Program-made: the position numbers and the translations under genes
Origin: an uncultured cyanobacterium
Lineage (GTDB): Bacteria; Cyanobacteriota; Cyanobacteriia; CAKZMO01
NCBI GenBank assembly: GCA_963719515.1
Contig: CAVRCJ010000019.1
Location: 1-64,000, forward strand
Direction: 5' to 3'
Length of the DNA: 64,000 bases
Shown here: positions 11,069-21,247 of the stretch, in pieces
Numbering within the stretch: position 1 is the stretch's first letter
Layout: each line of letters opens with the position of its first letter
Notes under the pieces: model-generated
Seen by the model: only the letters and a program-made list of their open reading frames with translations
Told to the model about the DNA's origin: nothing
The model's database searches: none

Positions 11069-11572
11069 CTAGTCCAGGTAAAAGGGCGTGACTACCTTAT
11101 GCTGCTCCTCCGCATCTTGGCAGGTTTTGAGCAGCGTATGGCTGTCGTGAAACATAAAGCAGATGAGCTGCTGACAGCGAGAAATAATCTCTTGGTTACA
11201 CATTGCGCTCGCCTCCGCCAAAGACAGCGTGTCGTGGTCCGGATTCTCTACCAGGTGAATTACAGATTCTAGCTGCTTACGCGATTCGCGAGGCTGTCGC
11301 TTGAGGCTTTGGGGCAAGATCACCGTGAGCAGATTGGGATCGGCCTGCATTGCCCCTCGAATCGCCGCAGAATTTGTGCCTGTGGCTCCTGACGTCAGCA
11401 AAGAATTGCCTGCTTGAACCAGCGCAAAGCTCATCAGCTCGATCAGCTTTTGATGCGTGATGGGAACGTGGCGTGAGCCTAAAATCGCAATTCGCTTTGA
11501 CCCCGTTTGCTGAATTGCGGCCAGCTCTTGCAGATATGTATCTACCTTTGGGATGTCGAGTGACTGACTCAA
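11069..11572 (-). CDS. Short DprA/SLOG-like 'DNA recombination-mediator protein A' family
   Basis: IAILGSRH, TSGATGTNSAAIRGA, CNQEII, HDSHTL. Confidence 0.75.
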   Translation of the reverse strand: MSQSLDIPKVDTYLQELAAIQQTGSKRIAILGSRHVPITHQKLIELMSFALVQAGNSLLTSGATGTNSAAIRGAMQADPNLLTVILPQSLKRQPRESRKQLESVIHLVENPDHDTLSLAEASAMCNQEIISRCQQLICFMFHDSHTLLKTCQDAEEQHKVVTPFYLD

Positions 11573-11818
11573 GGACGGTTCCAGGCGTTACAACTCCGAT
11601 ATTCTACCAGGTGTCTGAGCACTTGAGAGGTGTAGGGGTTTATTTTTGCCCATAATTAGGCGGCGGTTTGGGTTCTCCCCTCAAAGGTAGGGAGATCCGA
11701 ATCTAGGCAGGGAGGCTTGCCCATTGGCTAAAATTTGACAATTGGCCAAAATTAAATTGGCCAAAGCTAATGGCATATTTCCGTATCTGTATTTATCCAC
11801 CGAGGCAACTAGCGTTTT

Positions 11819-13807
11819 ATGACTACGATTCTTGAACAGGGCAACATTAGTATTCATACCGAGAATATTTTCCCGATTATCAAGAAGTGGCTCTACTCTG
11901 ACCATGAGATTTTTCTCCGGGAGCTTATCTCTAATGCGGTCGACGCTATTAAAAAGCTAAATATGCTGGCGCGCACGGGCGAGTTTTCCGGCGCGGCGGG
12001 CGATCCGCAGATCACTATCGCCATCGATAAAGAGGCCAAGACGCTGTCCATCTCCGATACCGGCATCGGCATGACGGCGGACGAGGTCAAAAAATACATC
12101 AACCAGGTGGCCTTCTCTAGCGCTGAGGAGTTCGTGCAAAAGTTTCAGGGCACGGGCGACGAGCAGATCATCGGTCACTTTGGCTTGGGCTTTTACTCTG
12201 CGTTCATGGTGGCCAAGCAGGTTGACATCGATACCCTGTCGTATCAAGAGGGCGCGACGCCCGTACACTGGAGCTGCGACGGCAGCACCCAGTTTGAGCT
12301 GAGCGACTCTTCGCGCACGGAGCGGGGCACCACTATCACGCTGACGCTTCAAGACGAAGAAGAAGAGTACCTAGAGGCGGCGCGCATCCAGCAGCTGGTG
12401 CGCACCTACTGCGACTTCATGCCCTTCCCCATCAAGCTGGACGGGGAGCAGGTCAATCGGCAAAAGGCTCCCTGGAAAGAATCGCCCAGTGCCCTAACCG
12501 ACGAAGACTACCAGGAGTTCTACCGCTACCTCTACCCTTTTCAGGACGAGCCCTTGCTGTGGGTCCACCTCAACACCGACTACCCCTTCGTGGTCAACGG
12601 CATTCTCTATTTTCCCAAGCTGCGGCCCGACATCGACGTCACTAAGGGACACATCAAGCTGTTCTGCAACCAGGTATTCGTCAGCGAAAACTGCGACGAG
12701 GTGATTCCCAAGTTTTTGCTGCCGCTGCAGGGGGTAATCGACAGCACGGATATCCCGCTAAACGTCTCCCGCAGCTTTTTGCAGAACGATCGCACCGTGC
12801 GCCGCATCGCCGACTACATCGCTAAAAAGGTGGGCGATCGCCTCAAAGAGCTATACCGCGACGACCGCGCCCACTACATTCGCTGCTGGCAGGATTTGGG
12901 CACCTTTGTCAAGTTCGGCTCGCTGAACGACGACAAGTTCAAAAAGCAGGTGGAAAACATTCTGGTCTTCCGCACCACCGCTAAGCTGGGCACCGACGAA
13001 GCCGAGGGAGAGGCCAAGGTAGAGGTACAGGCCGAGGAAGGCGACGCTTGGGAAACCGTTGCCGACAGCGCCGCCCCCGCTATTACCGATGAACAGGGCT
13101 TCTTCTACACCACGCTAAAGGAATATCTAGAGCGCAACAAAGCGCGCCACGAAAACCGCGTCTTTTACTGCACCGATCCTTCGGCCCAGGCCACCTACGT
13201 AGAGCTGCACAAAGGCCAGGGTCTAGAGGTGCTGTTCTTGGACTCCTTTATCGATACCCACTTCGTTAGCTTCTTAGAGCAGGAGTACACCGACGTCAAG
13301 TTCTCCCGCGTCGATTCTGAGCTAGACGACACCCTGATCGACAAAGAGAAGGAAGACGAGATCGTCGACCCCGCCACGAACAAGACCCGGGGCGATCGCA
13401 TCAAAGAGCTGTTCGAGCAGGCGCTTGAGAACCCCAAGGTGAACGTCAAAACCCAGGCGCTCAAAGCCGATGATGCCTCGGTGCCCCCCGCCATGGTGCT
13501 GCTGCCCGAGGCCATGCGCCGCCTGCGGGACATGACCGCCATGATGCAGCAGCAGGCCGCCCTGTTCCCCGATGAGCATGTGCTGATGGTGAACACGGGG
13601 CATCCGCTGGTGAAGAACGTGCTGGAGATGAGCCAGGGCTCCATCATCACAGGCAGTGGAGAATCGCCCTCGGCCCAGATGGCTAAGATGCTTTGCCGCC
13701 ATATTTACGACCTAGCGCTGATGGCGCAAAAGGGCTTCTCCGCAGAGGACATGACGGCCTTTGTGGAGCGCTCGAACCAGGTACTGACGAAGCTGACGGA
13801 GGATTAG
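11819..13807 (+). CDS. htpG: Molecular chaperone HtpG (Hsp90)
   Basis: IFLRELISNA, DTGIGMT, IGHFGLGFYSAF, LNVSRSFLQ. Confidence 0.97.
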   Translation: MTTILEQGNISIHTENIFPIIKKWLYSDHEIFLRELISNAVDAIKKLNMLARTGEFSGAAGDPQITIAIDKEAKTLSISDTGIGMTADEVKKYINQVAFSSAEEFVQKFQGTGDEQIIGHFGLGFYSAFMVAKQVDIDTLSYQEGATPVHWSCDGSTQFELSDSSRTERGTTITLTLQDEEEEYLEAARIQQLVRTYCDFMPFPIKLDGEQVNRQKAPWKESPSALTDEDYQEFYRYLYPFQDEPLLWVHLNTDYPFVVNGILYFPKLRPDIDVTKGHIKLFCNQVFVSENCDEVIPKFLLPLQGVIDSTDIPLNVSRSFLQNDRTVRRIADYIAKKVGDRLKELYRDDRAHYIRCWQDLGTFVKFGSLNDDKFKKQVENILVFRTTAKLGTDEAEGEAKVEVQAEEGDAWETVADSAAPAITDEQGFFYTTLKEYLERNKARHENRVFYCTDPSAQATYVELHKGQGLEVLFLDSFIDTHFVSFLEQEYTDVKFSRVDSELDDTLIDKEKEDEIVDPATNKTRGDRIKELFEQALENPKVNVKTQALKADDASVPPAMVLLPEAMRRLRDMTAMMQQQAALFPDEHVLMVNTGHPLVKNVLEMSQGSIITGSGESPSAQMAKMLCRHIYDLALMAQKGFSAEDMTAFVERSNQVLTKLTED

Positions 13808-13834
13808 GCCACAATTCCGTAATCGCGGATGGTT

Positions 13835-13862
13835 AAGGGACGCACGTGATGTGCGTCCCTTT
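13835..13862 (+). terminator. Hairpin after htpG (terminator/REP-like)
   Basis: AAGGGACGCAC-GTGAT-GTGCGTCCCTT stem between convergent genes. Confidence 0.6.
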
Positions 13863-13938
13863 CAAGCTTTAAATGCTGCAATAACCGGAGGGCCAACCTG
13901 GCGAGCGCTACCGGCGGAGAGCCAACAGCCCTTAAGCC

Positions 13939-14412
13939 CTACAGCTCGTTTTGGACAGTGATGACGTCGGCAATAATGACCGGTGACCCTTCGTACTGAG
14001 CCAACCTGGGGTCTAGCCGCGTGCCGTAGGTTTGCTCCACGTCGGCGATCGCCAGCCGCTGCAAAACGCCCGTCACCTGAAGATCGACTTCCGACTCGTC
14101 AGGGAGCTCAACAGGCGACCGCGCGGCGTTAATGATGAGCAGCTCTTGGTCAACAAACAAACTCTCCTCCACGAGCAAGAACGCGGCATCCCCCACCATG
14201 TCCTGCACGACGCCCCGAACGGTGATGCTCCGGCCCAGGTACTGCTGAGTTTCTTCGTCCGTCAGCTCAGTGACGTTGGTGGTCTGCTCGCGCCCAAACA
14301 GACCGCCAACGCCGCCATCGCAGGCGGGCAGGAGCGCCGCGGCGCTTACCAGAAAAACAATGCCGACGCGCTGGAGTAGTTTGGAGCCTAAGAGGGGCAG
14401 TTGCATGGTCAT
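13939..14412 (-). CDS. Hypothetical lipoprotein
   Basis: Lipobox-like LLPAC after hydrophobic stretch; YLGRSITVRGVV OB-fold-like pattern. Confidence 0.7.
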   Translation of the reverse strand: MTMQLPLLGSKLLQRVGIVFLVSAAALLPACDGGVGGLFGREQTTNVTELTDEETQQYLGRSITVRGVVQDMVGDAAFLLVEESLFVDQELLIINAARSPVELPDESEVDLQVTGVLQRLAIADVEQTYGTRLDPRLAQYEGSPVIIADVITVQNEL

Positions 14413-14818
14413 CAGGGGGGCGATCGCCTATAGCAGATTTGCAAAGGAGTATAGCTCATTCCCATGGCTAAGACGCTTCCCCCGCCGAAGGAGTTCGTTT
14501 GATCTGGGGTCTTGCCCTGGGCCACAATAGCGTCTATAGAGACTTCTATAAAGAGAATTTTCAGTTGGGCCAAGCTGCAGCGTATCCACTTCAGATCGGC
14601 TAAGGGATCTGTAGGCTAGGAGCGCGATAGGGAAAGAAGTCTCTCTAAACTGTCCCTCGACGATTCGAACCGGGAAAACTCGTTTAAGGAGTCAACTTCC
14701 TGACACCCGGATCGTTCCAAAGCTCGACTTATGAGCCTTCGGTGAGATCGCTTCTAGGGCACTAAGCTGTGGGAGACGATGTCGCCTGATCTTCACACTG
14801 TTAATCAGGGACTGCTAC

Positions 14819-16990
14819 ATGCCCGTCAATGCTTTTCTCGCCACGGCTCGGATGATTCCCCACGGACACTGTTATCTTTGGCAAACCAATTTAGTTGCCT
14901 TACACATCGCCTCTGATGCGCTGACTGCGATCGCCTACTATTCCATTCCCATCGCGCTCCTCTCTTTGGTCCTGCGGCGAGAAGATCTGCCGTTTAACTG
15001 GATCTTTATGCTGTTTGGGGCCTTCATTTTGGCCTGTGGCACCACTCACCTGGTGAGCATTTGGACGCTGTGGCACCCTAACTACTGGGTTTCCGGCATT
15101 CTTAAAGCGGGCACAGCCATGGTTTCTGTAGTGGCGGCAGCAACCCTCGTACCGACGATCCAGCAGGTGGTGAAGCTGCCGCGCCTGATGGATATCGAGG
15201 TCATGAACCAGCGGCTGCGCCAGGAGATTGAAGAGCGGAAGCGGGTCGAAAGAGAACTGTCTCGGGAGAAGGAGCTAGCGCAGGTGACTCTGCAGTCCAT
15301 CGGCGACGCCGTTATCACCACCGATGCGGCGGAAAACGTGGCCTATCTCAATCCGGTTGCTGAGCACCTTACCGGCTGGCCATTGGCAGAAGCTCAGGGG
15401 CTGCCCCTTTCAAAAGTCTTCAACATTATCGAAGAGTCAACCCGCCAGCCCGCCGACAGCTCCGTCAGCAAAGTGCTGCACACCGGGCAAGGCGTCGGGT
15501 TAGCAGACGACATGGCCCTGATTGCCCGAAGCGGTGAGGAATACAGCATCACCAATTCAGCCGCACCCATAAAGGATGCCGACGGAACTATTCTGGGTGC
15601 CGTTTTAGTCTTTCATGATGTGACTGAGTCTCGCGCCCTTTCCCAGCGGTTAGCGTGGCAGGCCTCTCACGATGAACTCACGGGTTTGAAGAACCGCCGT
15701 TACTTTGAAATGACGCTCAAGACGTTGCTCAAGGTACTGCAGCGACAAGAGAGTGTGTTGTGCTACCTCGACCTCGACCAGTTTAAGGTGGTCAATGATA
15801 CCTGCGGCCATGCTGCAGGAGATGAGCTATTGAAGCAGATTGGCTCTATCCTCCGCCAGCATGTGCGCTCAGCGGATGTCGTTGCCCGGCTCGGGGGGGA
15901 CGAATTTGGCATTTTGCTTGATCAATGTCCGCCAGAGAACGCGCGGCGGGCGATGGAGCTGGTTCGCCAGGCCGTTCAAGACTTTCGCTTTGTCTGGCAG
16001 GATAAGACGTTCGGCGTTGGCGTCAGCATCGGCATGGTAGAGCTAGACGAGAATATAGTGACCTTAGCCGACGCGCTAGGGGCTGCTGATGCCGCTTGCT
16101 ACGCCGCCAAAGAGCGGGGCCGCAATCGCCTTTATCTTTACCGCGCTGATGACCAGCAGCTCTCTGAGCAGCGCAGCCAGCGCGAGTGGATTACCCGCAT
16201 TCAGCAGGCTCTCGATAAGAACCAATTTCAGCTCTACCAGCAGCCCATCGTGCCGGCCTCTCGACTGCAGGGCGGCGAGAGGCACCACCATGAGATCCTG
16301 CTGCGATTGGTGGATGCTGCCGGTAGGGTAATTCCGCCGATGGCGTTTATTCCTGCTGCAGAGCGATACGGCCTGATGCCCGCCATCGATCGGTGGGTGG
16401 TGCAGGCGTTTTTCAGCCAGGTTGAGCAACTGCGGGATATCGCCGCGCTGTCGCGATCGCAGTTTACCGTTGGGGCAGGCTTCTACACCATTAATCTCTC
16501 CGGCGCGAGCATCAATGACGAGCAGTTTTTGCCCTTCTTAAGACAGCAAATTGAGGAAAGCTCTATCTCACCAGAGGCAATCTGTTTCGAAATTACTGAG
16601 ACGGTGGCGGTGTCAAACCTCAACAAGGCCCGCGAGTTTATCTATGAGATCAAGTCGCTGGGGTGCTTGTTCGCCTTAGATGACTTTGGCAGCGGCATGT
16701 CGTCGTTTGGCTACTTACACCACTTAGCCGTCAACTACGTCAAAATCGATGGTTCATTTGTGCGTGACCTGCTGGAAGACCCCATCAGCGCCTCAATTGT
16801 CGAGTCTATTACCAACATTGTTCATACTATGGGGCTAGAGGCGATTGCAGAGCAGGTCGAAGACCAGGAAACCCAGCGCAAGCTGCATGAGCTTGGGGTG
16901 GACTATGTTCAGGGGTACGGAATTGGCCGACCTGCGCCGATGATGATCACAAGCCATGCCGCGATACCTGCAGCTCTGGGGGCGCTTTGA
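14819..16990 (+). CDS. Membrane sensor diguanylate cyclase/phosphodiesterase (ethylene-receptor-like TM domain, PAS, GGDEF, EAL)
   Basis: SDALTAIAYYSIP..FILACGTTH; PAS SIGDAVITTD; GGDEF intact; EIL, EITE, DDFGSG, KID, QGY. Confidence 0.9.
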   Translation: MPVNAFLATARMIPHGHCYLWQTNLVALHIASDALTAIAYYSIPIALLSLVLRREDLPFNWIFMLFGAFILACGTTHLVSIWTLWHPNYWVSGILKAGTAMVSVVAAATLVPTIQQVVKLPRLMDIEVMNQRLRQEIEERKRVERELSREKELAQVTLQSIGDAVITTDAAENVAYLNPVAEHLTGWPLAEAQGLPLSKVFNIIEESTRQPADSSVSKVLHTGQGVGLADDMALIARSGEEYSITNSAAPIKDADGTILGAVLVFHDVTESRALSQRLAWQASHDELTGLKNRRYFEMTLKTLLKVLQRQESVLCYLDLDQFKVVNDTCGHAAGDELLKQIGSILRQHVRSADVVARLGGDEFGILLDQCPPENARRAMELVRQAVQDFRFVWQDKTFGVGVSIGMVELDENIVTLADALGAADAACYAAKERGRNRLYLYRADDQQLSEQRSQREWITRIQQALDKNQFQLYQQPIVPASRLQGGERHHHEILLRLVDAAGRVIPPMAFIPAAERYGLMPAIDRWVVQAFFSQVEQLRDIAALSRSQFTVGAGFYTINLSGASINDEQFLPFLRQQIEESSISPEAICFEITETVAVSNLNKAREFIYEIKSLGCLFALDDFGSGMSSFGYLHHLAVNYVKIDGSFVRDLLEDPISASIVESITNIVHTMGLEAIAEQVEDQETQRKLHELGVDYVQGYGIGRPAPMMITSHAAIPAALGAL

Positions 16991-16994
16991 CCCA

Positions 16995-17027
16995 TAAAAA
17001 AGCGATCGCGGCTGGGGCGATCGCTTC
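16995..17027. terminator. Hairpin made of two HIP1 sites between convergent genes; likely terminates coxC
   Basis: AAAAAAGCGATCGC-GGCTGGG-GCGATCGCTT; the A-tract is a U-tract on the minus strand. Confidence 0.55.
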
Positions 17028-17056
17028 TCAAAATCATTGTGCAGCTTTGTATTCGC

Positions 17057-17677
17057 TTAAAGCAGCGTTAGCAGGTAGATCAGCGCAAACAGCACAATCC
17101 AGATAATGTCCACAAAGTGCCAGTAAATCTCCGCCATCTCGATACCCGTGTGGGCCGAATCGGAATAGTGACCCACCCGACGCGATCGCCACAGCACGCC
17201 CAGAATGAGCAGTACGCCTACAAACACATGCAGGCCGTGGAAGCCGGTCATGATGTAGAAGCAGTTGGCAAAAATGTTGGTTTTGAGGCCGTATCCCAAG
17301 GTCAGATACTCATAGACCTGTCCCACCAAAAAGACGGCTCCCATGGCGGCGGTGATGCCGTACCACAGGCGCATTCCTTTGACGTCGTTCTCTTTAATTG
17401 CGGTATCGCCCCGGTGAATGACAAAGCTGCTAGACACCAAAATAATTGTGTTGATAGTGGGGAGCAGCAGCTCGACTTCGGTGCCCTCGGGAGGCCACTG
17501 CACTACGCTTCCCCGAAAGACGAGGTAGACGGCGAATAGGCCGCAGAACATTAGCGACTCTGAGGCTAGAAAAGTAACGAGGCCGAAGACGCGCAGATCG
17601 GGGTGAGCGTGGTCATCATGGCCGTGGCCATCAGCGCCGTGGCTGGACGCTGCAATTTCGGGTGTGGTGTCAACCAT
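17057..17677 (-). CDS. ctaE: Cytochrome c oxidase subunit III
   Basis: FLASE, TGFHGLHV, YWHFVDIIW. Confidence 0.93.
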   Translation of the reverse strand: MVDTTPEIAASSHGADGHGHDDHAHPDLRVFGLVTFLASESLMFCGLFAVYLVFRGSVVQWPPEGTEVELLLPTINTIILVSSSFVIHRGDTAIKENDVKGMRLWYGITAAMGAVFLVGQVYEYLTLGYGLKTNIFANCFYIMTGFHGLHVFVGVLLILGVLWRSRRVGHYSDSAHTGIEMAEIYWHFVDIIWIVLFALIYLLTLL

Positions 17678-17730
17678 AGGTATAGCGCCTCGTAGCAGGA
17701 CAGTGTAGATAGGAGAGGGGCATGCTGTTT

Positions 17731-17829
17731 ACCCCTATTAGTCCCCCTACGTCCTTTGGGCAGGCTGCGCCAAAGCAAAGGGGGGAAATTTGTGGTCCTC
17801 CCCCTTGGAAAGGGGGAGCTAGAGGGGGT
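17731..17829. repeat. Cyanobacterial CCCCCTT..AAGGGGG double-hairpin dispersed repeat/MITE remnant with nested ~24-nt insertion
   Basis: CCCCCT[insert]AGCAAAGGGGGG and CTCCCCCTTGGAAAGGGGGAG hairpins in the ctaD-ctaE spacer. Confidence 0.6.
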
Positions 17830-17881
17830 AAGACCAACCTGTGTGTATCTAGTAGCCCCTTGTGTGAGAGAGAATAGGGGG

Positions 17882-19543
17882 TCAAGCCGATGGCTCCGGC
17901 TCAGCTTCTTCCAGCTGGATCCCTTGGCCATATTCGTAAGGGCCATGGCGAAGAACCGGCAGCACCTCCCAGTTTTCGATAATAGGTGGGGACTCTGTGG
18001 TCCATTCAAAGGTGAGAGCTCGCCAGGGGTTACCCACTGCCTTTTCTCCGCGCACCCAGCTCCAAACTACGTTCACCAAAAACGGCAGCACAGAGATGCC
18101 TAAGACGAATGCCCCGAACGTACAGAGCTGATTGATGGTCTGAAACTTAGGGTCATACATCGCAACGCGGCGGGGCATACCCTGCAAACCCAGGCTATGC
18201 ATGGGCAAGAAGGTGAGGTTGGTGCCAATGAAGGTAAGGGCGAAATGGACCTTGCCCAGCCCCTCATTGAGCATATGCCCAGTCATCTTCGGGAACCAGT
18301 GGTACATGCCGGCGTAAAGACCAAACACCGAGCCCCCGAACAGCACGTAGTGGAAGTGGGCTACCACATAGTAGGTATCGTGGGCGTGGACATCCACGGG
18401 AGCCGCTCCCAAAGTGACGCCGCTGAGGCCGCCAATCACGAACATCAGCAGCAGACCGATGGCAAACAGCATGGCGCTGTTGAGACGAATCTTGCCGCCC
18501 CACAGGGTCGCCATCCAGCTGAAGATCTTGACGCCGGTAGGTACAGAGATGACTAGGGTTGAAATTGTGAAGAACAGCCGCATCCAGGGCGGGGTGCCGC
18601 TGGTAAACATGTGGTGGACCCATACGAACAGACCTACAAAGCAAATGGCCAAGCTAGAGTAGGCGATCGCTTTGTAGCCAAAGATAGGCCGACGAGCGTG
18701 AACCGGGATCACCTCTGACATAATGCCGAAGATCGGCAAAATCATCAGGTACACCGCTGGGTGAGAGTAGAACCAGAACAGGTGTTGGTACATCACCACA
18801 TCCCCCCCATTTTCTGGTCGAAAGAAGGAGGTGCCGAAGTTGATGTCGAACAGCAGCAAAATTAGGCCCGCCGCCAGTACGGGCGTAGAGCACAGCGCCA
18901 GAATCGACGTGGCTAAGATAGACCAGCAAAACAGGGGCATGTCGTTCCAGCCCATGCTGGGGACTCTCATCTTCACTAGCGTGACAATAAAGTTGACCGC
19001 CCCCAAGATAGACGAGGTTCCGGCGACAACGATGGCCAAAATCCACATGCTCTGGGCCGTGTTGGCCGTGATCAGACTGAGGGGCGGATAGCTGGTCCAG
19101 CCGCTTTGAGCGCCGCCGAAGAAGAAGCTGCCCAGCAGCAGCCCTCCAGCAGGGGGCAGCATCCAGAAGGCGATCGCGTTCAGGTTGGGGAAGGCCATGT
19201 CGCGGCACCCGATCATCAGCGGGATCAGGTAGTTGCCAAAGCCCCCGATCGCGGCAGGCACGATCCACATGAAGATCATGATGGTGCCGTGGTTGGTCAA
19301 AAAGGCGTTATAGAGGCTGGGATCAAGAAGGTCAGAATCAGGGGTGGCGAGTTCAGCGCGCATGGCCAAGGCCATGAGGCCCCCGATGAGGTAGAACGTA
19401 AAGGATAGAACGAGGTACTGAATACCGATGACCTTGTGGTCAATGTTGTAGGTAAAGTATTCGTACCAGCGCCAAGCCTTGCGCTCTTCATGGTCAGGCC
19501 GGTCTGAACCTGACTGACCAACAGGAATTTGTGCTTGGGCCAT
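17882..19543 (-). CDS. ctaD: Cytochrome c oxidase subunit I (type A2)
   Basis: DHKVIG, WFYSHPAVY (YS motif), WVHHMF, HDTYYVVAHFH, GMPRR. Confidence 0.97.
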   Translation of the reverse strand: MAQAQIPVGQSGSDRPDHEERKAWRWYEYFTYNIDHKVIGIQYLVLSFTFYLIGGLMALAMRAELATPDSDLLDPSLYNAFLTNHGTIMIFMWIVPAAIGGFGNYLIPLMIGCRDMAFPNLNAIAFWMLPPAGGLLLGSFFFGGAQSGWTSYPPLSLITANTAQSMWILAIVVAGTSSILGAVNFIVTLVKMRVPSMGWNDMPLFCWSILATSILALCSTPVLAAGLILLLFDINFGTSFFRPENGGDVVMYQHLFWFYSHPAVYLMILPIFGIMSEVIPVHARRPIFGYKAIAYSSLAICFVGLFVWVHHMFTSGTPPWMRLFFTISTLVISVPTGVKIFSWMATLWGGKIRLNSAMLFAIGLLLMFVIGGLSGVTLGAAPVDVHAHDTYYVVAHFHYVLFGGSVFGLYAGMYHWFPKMTGHMLNEGLGKVHFALTFIGTNLTFLPMHSLGLQGMPRRVAMYDPKFQTINQLCTFGAFVLGISVLPFLVNVVWSWVRGEKAVGNPWRALTFEWTTESPPIIENWEVLPVLRHGPYEYGQGIQLEEAEPEPSA

Positions 19544-19636
19544 AGTGACTGTTAAGGGTGCTTAAACTGCAAAGAGTGGAATGCCGAAGCGGGCTGTGCC
19601 GCGAGGTTGGACCCCGCCAGCAGGAATTGCGAGAGG

Positions 19637-20626
19637 CTACTGCTCAGGAGCGGTCCCAGAAATGGTCCCAGCGATCGCGACGGTCTGGTTGGGCGTCGCA
19701 CCGGCAACGCGATTCTCGCTGAGCCACTGCGCATACTCGTCGGGCGCTTGAACAATCACCTGGCTGCGCATACCGCCGTGATAGGCTCCGCACAGCTCTG
19801 CGCAGACGATGGGATAGGTGCCAGGGACATTGGCGACGAATCGCAGCTGGGTTTCCTTACCGGGAAGGGCATCCTGCTTGAGGCGAAACTCGGGCACCCA
19901 AAAAGAATGGATGACGTCTTGAGCCGAAATGTTGAGCTGTACGTCACTGTCGGCAGGGATGTGCAGCTCGCCGCTGATAATGCCGTCGTCTGGGTAATTG
20001 AATAGCCAGGCGTACTGCATTCCCGTGACGTTGATCACAATGTCAGGCGTTCCCGCTTTGGGGCTAGCCCCAAAGCCGTATTTGACGCGGTTTTGAGCCA
20101 GCTCGTCAGTTCGGTTTTCTGGCGGGTTGGCCTCGGCCAACAGGAGAGGAGCCCTATCGCCTGCGATGGGGTCATCCAGCTGAGTCAGATCGGCCTGGGC
20201 TAAAAGGGTGGCGTCAGCGCCGTCGACCATCACCAAATCGGCCATGTGGTCGTGCTGCAGACTGGGGGACAGTCCCCCCATCTGCTGAAAGACATCGACG
20301 CTATAGATGCCGACGCCAATAACGACGATGGCTGGAATTGCCGTCCAGAAAGCCTCTAGGGGAAGGTTCCCTTCTATGGGACTGCCGTCCTCGTTGTCGC
20401 CAGGACGCTGGCGGTAGCGAACTGCAAAGTAGATAATCGTACCTTCAACGACGATAAAGAACGCCGTGGCGACCGTGATCATCGCATCGAACAAACCGTC
20501 TACCAACTCGGCCTGCATTGACGCCTGAGCAGGCATAAGCCCATGGTGTTGACCCATCCACAGGCTGCCTAGAGTGATAAAAATGCCGGCTATGAGGGTG
20601 AGAAGAGGAGTTGGAATTTGTTGCAT
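19637..20626 (-). CDS. ctaC: Cytochrome c oxidase subunit II with CuA site
   Basis: DVIHSFW and CAELCGAYHGGM CuA ligands, so aa3-type rather than ARTO. Confidence 0.95.
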   Translation of the reverse strand: MQQIPTPLLTLIAGIFITLGSLWMGQHHGLMPAQASMQAELVDGLFDAMITVATAFFIVVEGTIIYFAVRYRQRPGDNEDGSPIEGNLPLEAFWTAIPAIVVIGVGIYSVDVFQQMGGLSPSLQHDHMADLVMVDGADATLLAQADLTQLDDPIAGDRAPLLLAEANPPENRTDELAQNRVKYGFGASPKAGTPDIVINVTGMQYAWLFNYPDDGIISGELHIPADSDVQLNISAQDVIHSFWVPEFRLKQDALPGKETQLRFVANVPGTYPIVCAELCGAYHGGMRSQVIVQAPDEYAQWLSENRVAGATPNQTVAIAGTISGTAPEQ

Positions 20627-20809
20627 ACGGAATTACGTATGGTTACTTCTAGAATTTTAGGAGCGCTCCCCTGCCAGACTCGGTATTCTTCGCAATTACT
20701 TTAGCAAGTTTGGCAATGTGCAACATTCCGTTACAATCTGCGGACCTAGGCTTAGCGTAGATTGTGAATTGTGCGGATTGAGTTGCTCAAGTGCAGGATG
20801 GGGAGAGGT

Positions 20810-21244
20810 ATGCAGGGATTTCCAAAGGTAAAGTTAATTGCTGTCGGCAAGGTAAAAAAGCCCTGGATTCAGGCTGGGATTGAGACATACGTCAAGCGGC
20901 TCCCGGAGCTAAGCCTTACGGAAATCAAGGACACTGATCCCGATGCGGAAGCCCACAAAATCATCGCCATGGGTCGCCCCGGCAACTGCCTCATTGCCCT
21001 GTCAGAAGACGGCGATCGCCTCACCTCGACCGAATTTGCCCAGCTGTTTACCGCTACCGAGTCCAACGAGCTTGTATTTTGCATTGGCGGCCCAGCGGGA
21101 ATCAGCCCTATCCTACGTTCGGCGGCTCAGCGGACCTTGAGCCTGTCTCCCATGACCTTTCCCCACGAGCTGGCCCGGCTGCTGCTGGTCGAGCAGCTGT
21201 ACCGGGCCAAAACAATCGTACAGGGGGGCACCTATCACAAATAG
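20810..21244 (+). CDS. rlmH: 23S rRNA pseudouridine-1915 N3-methyltransferase
   Basis: IAVGK, FCIGGPAG, SLSPMTFPHELARLLLVEQLYRA..YHK. Confidence 0.93.
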   Translation: MQGFPKVKLIAVGKVKKPWIQAGIETYVKRLPELSLTEIKDTDPDAEAHKIIAMGRPGNCLIALSEDGDRLTSTEFAQLFTATESNELVFCIGGPAGISPILRSAAQRTLSLSPMTFPHELARLLLVEQLYRAKTIVQGGTYHK

Positions 21245-21247
21245 CGG

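Noticed and set aside
17057..20626. Alternative respiratory terminal oxidase (ARTO)
   Set aside because: Subunit II retains the full CuA motif
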